A DNA stretch of 64,000 nt, taken from the NCBI GenBank assembly GCA_040767085.1, contig JAXGPF010000008.1, positions 192,001 to 256,000 of the forward strand. Reading direction: 5' to 3'. A model generated the notes under the pieces. That model saw nothing but the letters and a program-made list of their open reading frames with translations. It had not been told where the DNA came from and did not search any database. The DNA comes from Kiritimatiellia bacterium. GTDB lineage: Bacteria > Verrucomicrobiota > Kiritimatiellia > JAAZAB01. Both the position numbers and the translations under genes were made by a program. Positions 1-8,150 of this stretch are shown here, piece after piece (position 1 is the first letter of the stretch; each line of letters opens with the position of its first letter).

Positions 1-231
1 CTCGGTCGGATTATCGAACAAGTCCAGACCTTAAGTTCGCGGTTCGTGCTGGTGAACGAGGGCATGCACGCGCAATCCGCCGGGGCGCGCCAGATCAGCG
101 AAGCCATGGCTTCCCTGAACGAGGCAGCCCGGAAAACCGTCGAATCCCTGGGTCGTTTCAGCGCCTCCGCCGGACAATTGAAAGACGCCGCCGGGCAGTT
201 ACAGTCGCAGACGGAGCAATTCCGGGTGTAA
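1..231 (+). CDS. Methyl-accepting chemotaxis protein, C-terminal fragment (starts upstream of window)
   Basis: Frame 1 is open from base 1 (LGRIIEQVQTLSSRFVLVNEGMHAQSAGARQISEAMASLNEAA...EQFRV*), the typical heptad tail of an MCP signalling domain. Confidence 0.75.
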   Translation, partial: LGRIIEQVQTLSSRFVLVNEGMHAQSAGARQISEAMASLNEAARKTVESLGRFSASAGQLKDAAGQLQSQTEQFRV

Positions 232-301
232 GGGCGCACAGGGCGGCGGGCGCGCGGCCGGATTGTTTGTCCGCGTCCGGGAAATGAGGGAGTAAATTTT
301 G

Positions 302-829
302 ATGCCTTCGACCCAACCCTTGATTTCCGAACGCCGCCTGCAGCGCCGGGTCCGGCGCCTGGCGGAAGCGATTGCCGCGGATTTCGCCGGAGGCGAGGTG
401 GTGCTGGTCGGGCTGATGCAGGGCAGTTTTGTTTTCGTCGCCGACCTGATCCGCCAGTTGCACACCCGGCGCCTGCCGTTGATCGTGGATTTTATGGCGG
501 TTTCAAGCTACGGCGCGCGGCGCTGCTCTTCCGGCCGGGTGCGGCTGCTGCGGGATTTGGGCGTCGGCATCCGCGGCCGGCGCGTGCTGCTGGTGGACGA
601 CATCATGGATACCGGCCGGACCTTGCATTGCGTGGAAACCATTTTGCGCCGCCGCCGGCCGGCCGTGTTGAAAACCTGCGTGCTGCTGGACAAGCCGGCA
701 CGGCGGGCGGCGGGGCGCAGTCCGGATTATGTCGGCTTCGCCATTCCCGATGAATTTGTGACGGGATACGGGCTGGATTACGCCGGCCGGTACCGCGAGC
801 AGCCGTTTGTGTCGGCGCTGCCGCGGTGA
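302..829 (+). CDS. hpt: Hypoxanthine phosphoribosyltransferase
   Basis: Motifs VGLMQGSFVFVADL, DFMAVSSYG, PRPP loop VLLVDDIMDTGRTL, LLDKP, FVTGYGLDY. Confidence 0.92.
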   Translation: MPSTQPLISERRLQRRVRRLAEAIAADFAGGEVVLVGLMQGSFVFVADLIRQLHTRRLPLIVDFMAVSSYGARRCSSGRVRLLRDLGVGIRGRRVLLVDDIMDTGRTLHCVETILRRRRPAVLKTCVLLDKPARRAAGRSPDYVGFAIPDEFVTGYGLDYAGRYREQPFVSALPR

Positions 830-859
830 TGCCCCGTGCGCGCAATGCGCATGATAGGT

Positions 860-887
860 TTGACATCATGCCGGCGCGGTTTATACT
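860..887 (+). promoter_or_regulatory. Sigma70-like promoter for the oxidoreductase at 963
   Basis: TTGACA (860-865), 16-nt spacer, TATACT (882-887) in an AT-rich intergenic patch. Confidence 0.6.
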
Positions 888-962
888 GTATCTTTTGCTT
901 TATTGATTGCCGGCGGCGGCGCCGGCATGGCCCATCGCAATAAATAAAGGAACGGCCGGAAC

Positions 963-2147
963 ATGGCGAAGCGTCGCGCAAAGAATTCGCAGATCAGGAT
1001 CGGCGTCATCGGGGTATCCGGACGCGGCAAACTGGCCCAGAGCCTGCACCAGCCGCAAGGCGACGCCGTGGTGGTGGCCGGCGCGGATATCCACGCCGGA
1101 TTTGCCGGAGATTTCCGGGCCGCTTACGGCGCGGATGCTTTTTTCACCGCCGATTACCGGCGCTTGCTGGAGCGGAGCGATATTGACGCCGTGGTGGTGA
1201 CGTCGCCCGATTATTGCCATGCCGAGCATGCCGTGGCCGCCTTGCAGGCCGGCAAGCATGTTTACTGCGAAAAACCTCTGGCCATCACCGTGGCGGATTG
1301 CGACCGGATTTTGAAGGCTTACATGGCCTCCGGCCGCCATCTCATGATGGGGTTCAACATGCGTTACATGAACATCTTCCGCTGCATGAAGGAAATCGTG
1401 GATTCCGGCGCCATCGGCGAAATCAAGGCGGTCTGGGTGCGCCATTTCGTCGGCCATGGCGGCCGCTGGTATTTTCACGACTGGCATGCCAACCGCCGGA
1501 AGAGCACCAGCCTGCTGCTGCAGAAGGCCTCGCATGACTTTGACATGATCCACTGGATTGCCGGCGATTATACCGCCAAGGTGGCGGCGTTCGGCGGCCT
1601 GGATTTTTACGGCGGCCGCATACCTGACCGGCGCGAATGCCCGTCCTGTCCGGACCGGCGCACTTGCCCGGAATACCAGGAATGGCCGCACCACCAGTCC
1701 TGCTGCTTCCGGAGAGAAGTCAACGTGGAAGACAACAGCGTGGTGATCATGCAGCTTGCGCGGGGCATCAAGGCCTGTTACACCCAGTGCCATTTCACGC
1801 CCGACTACTGGCGGAATTATGTTTTCATCGGCACGGAAGGCCGGATGGAAAACCTGGATGACCACAGCGAAGTCATCGTGAAAACGCGCAAGGGCCGCCA
1901 ATGGAAAAATCTCTCCGATCGCCGCTACGCCGTGAAAAAAGCCGAAGGCACGCATGGCGGAGCCGACCCGGTCATCTGCCGGGATTTCCTGGACCTGCTG
2001 CTGAAGGGCAAGCAGCCGGCCTCATCCCCCCTGGCCGGCCGCATGAGCGTGGCGGTCGGTTGCGCGGCGACAGAATCGTTGCGCGCGGGCGGCCGCGTCG
2101 TGGCAATCCCGCCGCTGCCGGCGGGCTTGCGGGGGCTGCAAGGCTGA
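963..2147 (+). CDS. Gfo/Idh/MocA family NAD(P)-dependent oxidoreductase
   Basis: IGVIGVSGRG Rossmann start, GKHVYCEKPLA, GFNMRY, KASHDFD; RBS aaggaa. Confidence 0.9.
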   Translation: MAKRRAKNSQIRIGVIGVSGRGKLAQSLHQPQGDAVVVAGADIHAGFAGDFRAAYGADAFFTADYRRLLERSDIDAVVVTSPDYCHAEHAVAALQAGKHVYCEKPLAITVADCDRILKAYMASGRHLMMGFNMRYMNIFRCMKEIVDSGAIGEIKAVWVRHFVGHGGRWYFHDWHANRRKSTSLLLQKASHDFDMIHWIAGDYTAKVAAFGGLDFYGGRIPDRRECPSCPDRRTCPEYQEWPHHQSCCFRREVNVEDNSVVIMQLARGIKACYTQCHFTPDYWRNYVFIGTEGRMENLDDHSEVIVKTRKGRQWKNLSDRRYAVKKAEGTHGGADPVICRDFLDLLLKGKQPASSPLAGRMSVAVGCAATESLRAGGRVVAIPPLPAGLRGLQG

Positions 2148-2227
2148 GGCGGCGGGCGCCGCCCGCCGGGCCGACCCCGCGCCGGTGCGGATTGATCAAT
2201 CACAATCGTTAAGGAAAGGCGGAGCAT

Positions 2228-2581
2228 ATGGAAATTGCGGTTCAGGCTGATGCGGCGAATGAGGTGCTGGTTTGGTCTTTGCGCGGCCGGCTGGATGTGG
2301 CGGGCGTGCAGGCCATAGAAGCCGAATTTAAACGGCAGACGCAACTGGCGGCCCAGCCGGTTTTACTGGAGATGTCCGGCGTGGAATTCATGGGGTCCCT
2401 GGGCATCCGCCTGCTGCTGGCGGCCGCCAAGGAGCTGCAGCAGCGCTCCCTGCCGATGGTTTTCCTGAAGCCGACGGCTTTGGTCGAGGACACCTGGTAT
2501 TCCGCCGGCCTGGCGGAAATCGTGCCGGTGGAGCACGATTTCGACAGCGCCGTGGCCGCCTGCCGGGAACGCGGCGGGTAA
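2228..2581 (+). CDS. STAS-domain anti-sigma-factor antagonist
   Basis: LRGRLD and MSGVEFMGSLGIRLL (phosphorylatable Ser motif); 117 aa; RBS ggag. Confidence 0.8.
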   Translation: MEIAVQADAANEVLVWSLRGRLDVAGVQAIEAEFKRQTQLAAQPVLLEMSGVEFMGSLGIRLLLAAAKELQQRSLPMVFLKPTALVEDTWYSAGLAEIVPVEHDFDSAVAACRERGG

Positions 2582-2598
2582 GCCGCGGACTGAAGTTT

Positions 2599-4200
2599 AT
2601 GAGCATGCAAATTCTTGACTTTGATTTCCTGGTCGTGGGCAGCGGCATCGCCGGGTTGATGTCGGCCATCCACCTTGGCCGGCATGGCCGGGTGGGAGTG
2701 CTGACCAAGAAAGACCGGGCGGAGAGCAACACCAACTACGCCCAAGGCGGGATTGCCTGCGTGGTGGCTTCGGATGACAGCCTGCAGGAGCATGTCAACG
2801 ACACCCTGGTGGCCGGCGCCGGCTTGTGCGACAAGCAGGTGGTGGAGGACATCCTCAGCGCCGGTCCGGCGCGCATTGCGGAGTTGGAACAATTCGGCTT
2901 GAAGTTCGCCGAACTGCCGCCCACGGAAGCCGGCCGGTACGACTTGGGCCGCGAAGGCGGGCATTCCCGCCGGCGGGTGCTGCACTGCGGGGATATCACC
3001 GGCCGCGAAGTGGAGCGGTTGTTGCTGGACCGCGTGCGGGCGATGCCGGACGTGTCCGTCCTGGAACATTGCATGTGCATAGACCTGGTCACCACGGGCC
3101 ACCTGGGGCTGTCCGGGGAAAACCGCTGCGTGGGCGTCTATTTTCTCGATCAGCGGACCGGTAAAATTTCCGCCGGGCGCGCGCCTTATACCATTCTGGC
3201 CACGGGCGGCGGCGGCAAGGTTTATCTTTACACCAGCAATCCGGACATCGCCACCGGCGACGGACTGGCCATGGCCTGGCGCGCCGGCGCGCCGGTCAAG
3301 AATCTGGAATTCATTCAGTTTCATCCCACGTGCCTGTATCATCCGGATGCCAAGTCTTTCCTGATCAGCGAAGCCGTGCGGGGCGAGGGCGCCGTGCTGG
3401 TGGATGCGGCGGGCGCGCCTTTCATGGAGCAATACGATCCCCGCGGTTCGCTGGCGCCGCGCGATGTGGTGGCCCGCGCCATTGACCATGCCATGAAAGC
3501 CAGCGGCGCCCGCTGTGTCTATCTCGATATCCGCTCCAAGTCCGAGGAGTTCCTGCGGCGGCGTTTCCCGAACATTTTCGCCGCCTGCCTGAAGTTCGGC
3601 GTGAACATGGCGCGCGACCTGATTCCCGTGGTGCCGGCGGCGCATTATTTCTGCGGCGGCATCGCCGCCGGCGTGGATGGCACGACGGCGATGCCGGGCT
3701 TGCTGGCTTGCGGCGAAGTGGCCTGCACCGGCCTGCATGGCGCCAACCGCCTGGCCAGCAATTCGCTCCTGGAAGCCCTGGTTTGCGCGCATGCCATGTC
3801 GGAAAAACTGGCGGCGCTGCCGCGCGCGCGGCCGGCCGTCGCCATCCCGGATTGGCGCGCCGGCTCGGCGGCGCCCAGCCATGAAGAGGTGGTGATTGCG
3901 CATAACTGGAATGAAGTGCGCACTTGCATGTGGGATTACGTCGGCATCGTGCGCGGCAACCGGCGGCTCGAGCGCGCCTTGCGCCGCATTGCGAATTTGC
4001 AGGCGGAAATCCGCGAGTATTATTTCGATTACATCGTGACCGGCAACATCCTGGAGTTGCGCAACATCGCCGCCGTGGCGGAAATCATCATCCGGTCCGC
4101 CATGCAGCGCCGCGAAAGCCGCGGTCTGCACTATACGCTCGATTACCCGGAAACGGATCAGACCCAGCTGCCGCGCGACACGATCCTGCGCCGCGGCTGA
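2599..4200 (+). CDS. nadB: L-aspartate oxidase
   Basis: GSGIAG, SNTNYAQGGI, REGGHS, QFHPT, LISEAVRGEG, HYFCGG, GLHGANRLASNSLLE, ESRGLHY. Confidence 0.95.
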   Translation: MSMQILDFDFLVVGSGIAGLMSAIHLGRHGRVGVLTKKDRAESNTNYAQGGIACVVASDDSLQEHVNDTLVAGAGLCDKQVVEDILSAGPARIAELEQFGLKFAELPPTEAGRYDLGREGGHSRRRVLHCGDITGREVERLLLDRVRAMPDVSVLEHCMCIDLVTTGHLGLSGENRCVGVYFLDQRTGKISAGRAPYTILATGGGGKVYLYTSNPDIATGDGLAMAWRAGAPVKNLEFIQFHPTCLYHPDAKSFLISEAVRGEGAVLVDAAGAPFMEQYDPRGSLAPRDVVARAIDHAMKASGARCVYLDIRSKSEEFLRRRFPNIFAACLKFGVNMARDLIPVVPAAHYFCGGIAAGVDGTTAMPGLLACGEVACTGLHGANRLASNSLLEALVCAHAMSEKLAALPRARPAVAIPDWRAGSAAPSHEEVVIAHNWNEVRTCMWDYVGIVRGNRRLERALRRIANLQAEIREYYFDYIVTGNILELRNIAAVAEIIIRSAMQRRESRGLHYTLDYPETDQTQLPRDTILRRG

Positions 4201-4254
4201 GACTCAAAACCGCCGGAACGCCGTTATTCGTAAAACGTGTAAAAAGGGGTACGC

Positions 4255-5172
4255 ATGAAACGCAAAAAACAGTTGATTACCCGCCGCCGATTCCTGACGG
4301 CAGTCACGGCGGCGGCCGCCGGCGCGGCCTGCCGCCCGGCCTGGAGCGCGGCGGCGGCAGCGTCCGCGGCGCCGGCATCCGCCTTGTGGGTGATCCACGG
4401 GGAAGACCCGGCCGCCATGCTGCAAGCCGGCATGCAGCGCATGGGCGGCTGGGCGGCCTTTGTCAAACCGGGACGCGCCGCGGTGTTGAAGCCCAATGCG
4501 GCCTGGGCGAGTCTGCCGGAACAGGGCGGCAACACCGATCCGGTCCTGGTGGAACACTGCGTGCGCACCTGCCTGGCGGCGGGCGCCGCGGAAGTGATTG
4601 TGCCGGAAAAGCCCTGTTCGCCCGCCAAGGATGCCTTCCGCCTGAGCGGCATCGAGGCGGCGGTCCGGCGCGCCGGGGGCAGAATGTACACGCCGCGGGC
4701 GGAACATTTCCAGCAGGTGGAGTTGCCGCGCGCCGTCATTTTGAAGCAGGCGGACGTGATCCGGGACGTGCTGGAGGCGCCCTGCCTGATCAACATGCCG
4801 GTGGCGAAGTCGCACGGGGGCGCCACCCTGACGCTGTCCATGAAAAACTGGATGGGCGTGGTGCAGGACCGCGGTTTCTGGCACAAGAATAAATTGCATC
4901 AATGCATCGCCGATTTCAGCACCCTGGTGCGTCCGCACCTGATCATTATTGACGCCACGCGCATCATGCTGACCGGCGGCCCGCGCGGTCCGGGCAAACT
5001 GGCCCATCCCCATCAGGTCATCTTCGGAACCGACCCGGTGGCGGCGGACGCCTATGCGGCGACGCTGTTCGACAAGCAGCCGTTTGACATCCAGCATATC
5101 CGCCTGGCGCATGAAATGGGCGTGGGCTGCGGCGACCTGGCGGCGGTCAAGGTGGAACATATCAAGGTTTGA
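4255..5172 (+). CDS. DUF362-domain protein with Tat signal peptide
   Basis: TRRRFL twin-arginine leader; VLKPN, NTDP, INMPVAKSH, LSMKNWMG, DPVAADA motifs. Confidence 0.8.
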   Translation: MKRKKQLITRRRFLTAVTAAAAGAACRPAWSAAAAASAAPASALWVIHGEDPAAMLQAGMQRMGGWAAFVKPGRAAVLKPNAAWASLPEQGGNTDPVLVEHCVRTCLAAGAAEVIVPEKPCSPAKDAFRLSGIEAAVRRAGGRMYTPRAEHFQQVELPRAVILKQADVIRDVLEAPCLINMPVAKSHGGATLTLSMKNWMGVVQDRGFWHKNKLHQCIADFSTLVRPHLIIIDATRIMLTGGPRGPGKLAHPHQVIFGTDPVAADAYAATLFDKQPFDIQHIRLAHEMGVGCGDLAAVKVEHIKV

Positions 5173-5192
5173 GCCGGCGGCGGGTTATGGGC

Positions 5193-5350
5193 GGGCTGCC
5201 TCATTCTCAGAACAGACGGCTCGGTACGGAGACCTCGCCCTACCATTTGACAAGCATTATTTGTGGGTAGGGAGAGATCCCGCTCAAAGCGGGGTAAACC
5301 TCCGGCTTGTCCCGCCTGGCGCGGGAGCGAGCCGCCGAGAATGACGCAAC
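5193..5350. repeat. Pair of divergent GTAG-type REP-like palindromes; second copy carries inserted hairpins
   Basis: Reverse complement of 5194-5244 matches 63534-63584 at 45/51 nt; second GGTAGGG at 5266 is followed by cccgctcaaagcggg and cccgcctggcgcggg hairpins, then the tail gagaatgacgc. Confidence 0.7.
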
Positions 5351-5395
5351 TGTGGGATTCCCTGCGGGATTAACCCGCAACAGAGGAAGCGTGGG

Positions 5396-6667
5396 ATGCG
5401 GATCAATTTGAGAAAATGGGCCGGACGGCTGTTGCACCTGGCAGTGGCGCTGGCGGCGGCGCTGGCGGTGTTGCGGGTTTTCCCATGGGATACGGCGCCG
5501 GCGCTGCCGGCGGCCGCCAGTCCCTGGGCCGTCTTATGCGCGGCGCTGGCCGCGCGCCGTTTCAGCTTGCTGGCGCTGGCGGGTTTGCCGTTGCTGGCGC
5601 TGGCCGCCTGGCGCGGCCGCTGGTTTTGCCGCGCCGTATGTCCGGCGGGATGGTTCCAACGTCTGGCGGAATGGCGGCGCCCGGTGCGCGGGGCATGGCT
5701 GAGGCGTTGCCCGCCGGTGGGCCAATGGATCATGTTGGCCGGGCTGGGCGGCGCCCTGGCAGGGGTGCCCTTGTTTCTGGGGTGGGATCCGCTGGTGTTG
5801 TTCACGGCTTTTTTCTCGGCGTGGCGGCCGACGCCGCCGTATTTCCATGAGTGGCGGTTCGCCGCCGGCTTGCTGGCGTTGCTGTTGCTGGCCTGGGCGG
5901 TCCCCCGCTTGTGGTGCGCCCGGTTGTGCCCCCTGGGCGCCTGGATGACCTTTTGCGGCCGCGCCGCCGCCTGGTTTTGGTTGCGCTGGTCCGGATGGCG
6001 CCGGCGCCGCGCCGCCGCACAGGGATCGCCGGGTGAAAATACGGCCGCCGGGCGCAACTTGCCGCCCGCCGGCGCGGCCGAATCATTCCGGGCGGGCGGC
6101 GTCAGCCGGCGCGGGTTCGCCGGCCTGGCTGGGGGCTTCCTGGCTGCCGGGGTGCTGCGGGCGTGGAGCGGTCAACGCGGCGCAACTTGTTTGCGTCCGC
6201 CGGGCGCCGCCGGGGAAGACCGCTTTAACGGCATGTGCGCGCGCTGCGGCAATTGCCTGCGCGCCTGTCCGGCCGGCATTCTCCGTCCGGCGCTGGGGGA
6301 GGCAGGCTGGGCGGGCGTGTTGACGCCGGTGGTGGATTTTCAGGGCGATTATTGCCACGAAACCTGCGCGGCCTGCGCCCAGGCATGTCCCACGGGGGCG
6401 ATTCAGCGTTTCCCGCCCGCGCGCAAGCCGGATTATAAAATCGGCACAGCCCGGGTGATCCACGATAGGTGCCTGGCGTGGCAGCATGGCGAATACTGCA
6501 TGGTATGCGATGAATTTTGTCCCTACAAGGCCGTGCGCATAGTCAGGCACGGCGGGGTGAATTGCCCGGAGGTGGATACCGCTTTGTGCCGCGGTTGCGG
6601 CGCCTGCCAGTGCCAGTGCCCGGCCGAACCGGGCCCGGCGATTGTCGTGGAACGCGGGCAACCATGA
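5396..6667 (+). CDS. Membrane polyferredoxin (NapH/MauN-like membrane part fused to NapG/MauM-like 4Fe-4S part)
   Basis: Two CxxxCP motifs in the hydrophobic N-half, internal SRRGF, LRPPGA, four CxxCxxCxxxCP-type clusters. Confidence 0.82.
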   Translation: MRINLRKWAGRLLHLAVALAAALAVLRVFPWDTAPALPAAASPWAVLCAALAARRFSLLALAGLPLLALAAWRGRWFCRAVCPAGWFQRLAEWRRPVRGAWLRRCPPVGQWIMLAGLGGALAGVPLFLGWDPLVLFTAFFSAWRPTPPYFHEWRFAAGLLALLLLAWAVPRLWCARLCPLGAWMTFCGRAAAWFWLRWSGWRRRRAAAQGSPGENTAAGRNLPPAGAAESFRAGGVSRRGFAGLAGGFLAAGVLRAWSGQRGATCLRPPGAAGEDRFNGMCARCGNCLRACPAGILRPALGEAGWAGVLTPVVDFQGDYCHETCAACAQACPTGAIQRFPPARKPDYKIGTARVIHDRCLAWQHGEYCMVCDEFCPYKAVRIVRHGGVNCPEVDTALCRGCGACQCQCPAEPGPAIVVERGQP

Positions 6668-6713
6668 ATCATTGCGCCATTGCGGCGTTTTCAGAAAGGT
6701 GTGTTCCAGCAAG

Positions 6714-7943
6714 ATGCGTAAAAAATTTTTAGGATTCGGGTTCGGCGCCATTCAGGGCGGATTGTTTTTGTACGAGGCCTTCCAGTCGGGCAATTTTGAC
6801 CAATTGGCCGTGGCGGAAGTCATGCCGGAGGTGGTGGACGCCTTGCGCGCGGCGGAGGGCGTTTACCGGGTGAATGTGGCCGGGCGGGCCGGCATTACCC
6901 GGCATGAAGTGCGCGGCGTGACGGCTTGGAATCCCCGGGAGCCGGACGACCGGCAAAAATTGATCGCCGCCGCCGCCGAGGCGGATGAAATCGCCACGGC
7001 TTTGCCCAGCGTGGAGTTTTACGGCGCTGGCGCCCCCGATTCGGTCGTGGGCATCCTGGCGGAAGGTTTGCGGCGGCGGCAGGCCGGCGCCGCCCGGTCC
7101 GCCTGCGTGATTTACACCGCGGAAAACCACAACCACGCGGCGGAAATCCTGTGGGAGCGCCTGGCGCGCCAACTGGGGCCGGCGGCGGAGTGGGCCGCGG
7201 AACATGTCCAGTGCCTCAACACCGTGATCGGCAAGATGAGCGGGGTGGTGACGGACGCCGCGCAAATCCGCGCCCAGGAACTGGCGCCCTTGACGCCGCG
7301 CGCCCGGCGCTGCCTCCTGGTGGAGGAATTCAACCGCATCCTGATTACCCGCATTGGGCTGCCGGGGTTCCGGCGCGGCATCGGGGTGTTTGAAGAGAAG
7401 CCGGACCTCCTGCCGTTCGAAGAGGCCAAGTTGTACGGCCACAACGCCACCCATGCCCTGCTGGGCTACCTGGCGCGCTTGCGCGGCTTGCAGTTCATGG
7501 CGGACGCGCGCGCTGAAGCGGACTTGCTGAAGGTGGCGCGCGCCGCCTTTATCGAAGAATCCGGCGGCGCGCTTTGCCGCCGGCATGCCGGGGTGGATGC
7601 CTTGTTTACTCCCGCGGGTTATGCCGCCTATGCGGACGATTTGCTGGAACGCATGCTGAACCCGCACTTGCGCGATGCCATTGACCGCGTGGTGCGCGAT
7701 CCGCGGCGTAAACTCGGATGGGATGACCGCCTGGTGGGGGTGATGCGCGCGGCTTTGTCGGAAAACATCAATCCCGCGCGCTATGCGCTCGGCGCCGCCG
7801 CCGCGCTGCGCATGTTGGCAGAACAGGACCCCGGCGCGGCGTCCGGCCTGCCGCGGCAGTGGCAGGAGTCCGGGGCCGCGCCCGCGGAAGTTGAGCGGAT
7901 CATGCGCCTGATCCGCGCGGCGGATGCGTCGCTCCGGGTTTGA
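6714..7943 (+). CDS. Mannitol-1-phosphate/polyol dehydrogenase-like protein (MtlD-like)
   Basis: GFGFGAIQGG, AEN, KLYGHNATHA, RVVRDPRRKLGWDDRL (MtlD C-terminal motif); ATG 6714 preferred over 6642. Confidence 0.72.
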   Translation: MRKKFLGFGFGAIQGGLFLYEAFQSGNFDQLAVAEVMPEVVDALRAAEGVYRVNVAGRAGITRHEVRGVTAWNPREPDDRQKLIAAAAEADEIATALPSVEFYGAGAPDSVVGILAEGLRRRQAGAARSACVIYTAENHNHAAEILWERLARQLGPAAEWAAEHVQCLNTVIGKMSGVVTDAAQIRAQELAPLTPRARRCLLVEEFNRILITRIGLPGFRRGIGVFEEKPDLLPFEEAKLYGHNATHALLGYLARLRGLQFMADARAEADLLKVARAAFIEESGGALCRRHAGVDALFTPAGYAAYADDLLERMLNPHLRDAIDRVVRDPRRKLGWDDRLVGVMRAALSENINPARYALGAAAALRMLAEQDPGAASGLPRQWQESGAAPAEVERIMRLIRAADASLRV

Positions 7944-8150
7944 AAGAGGAACCGCGGCGCGACATTCGCGTCCTGCCCGATGCCTGGCTGTTGCCGCTTT
8001 GTGGGAAATACGGCGTTTTTTAATTTGTGGCGAATGGGATTTTCTGTTAGCATGTAGCCACATGATTTTGCGCATGCTTCGCGTTCCAGCCGGCGATGCC
8101 GCTGGCGCTGCGGCTTGACGCGGCGAATTGACTCAGTTCAAGAGGTGAAA

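Noticed and set aside
2242..4131. Long antisense ORFs (also 8133-10238, 14056-15984, 27035-29023, 55617-57476, 57481-60078 and others)
   Set aside because: They shadow well-supported genes on the opposite strand, as expected with high GC3, and contain no recognisable motifs
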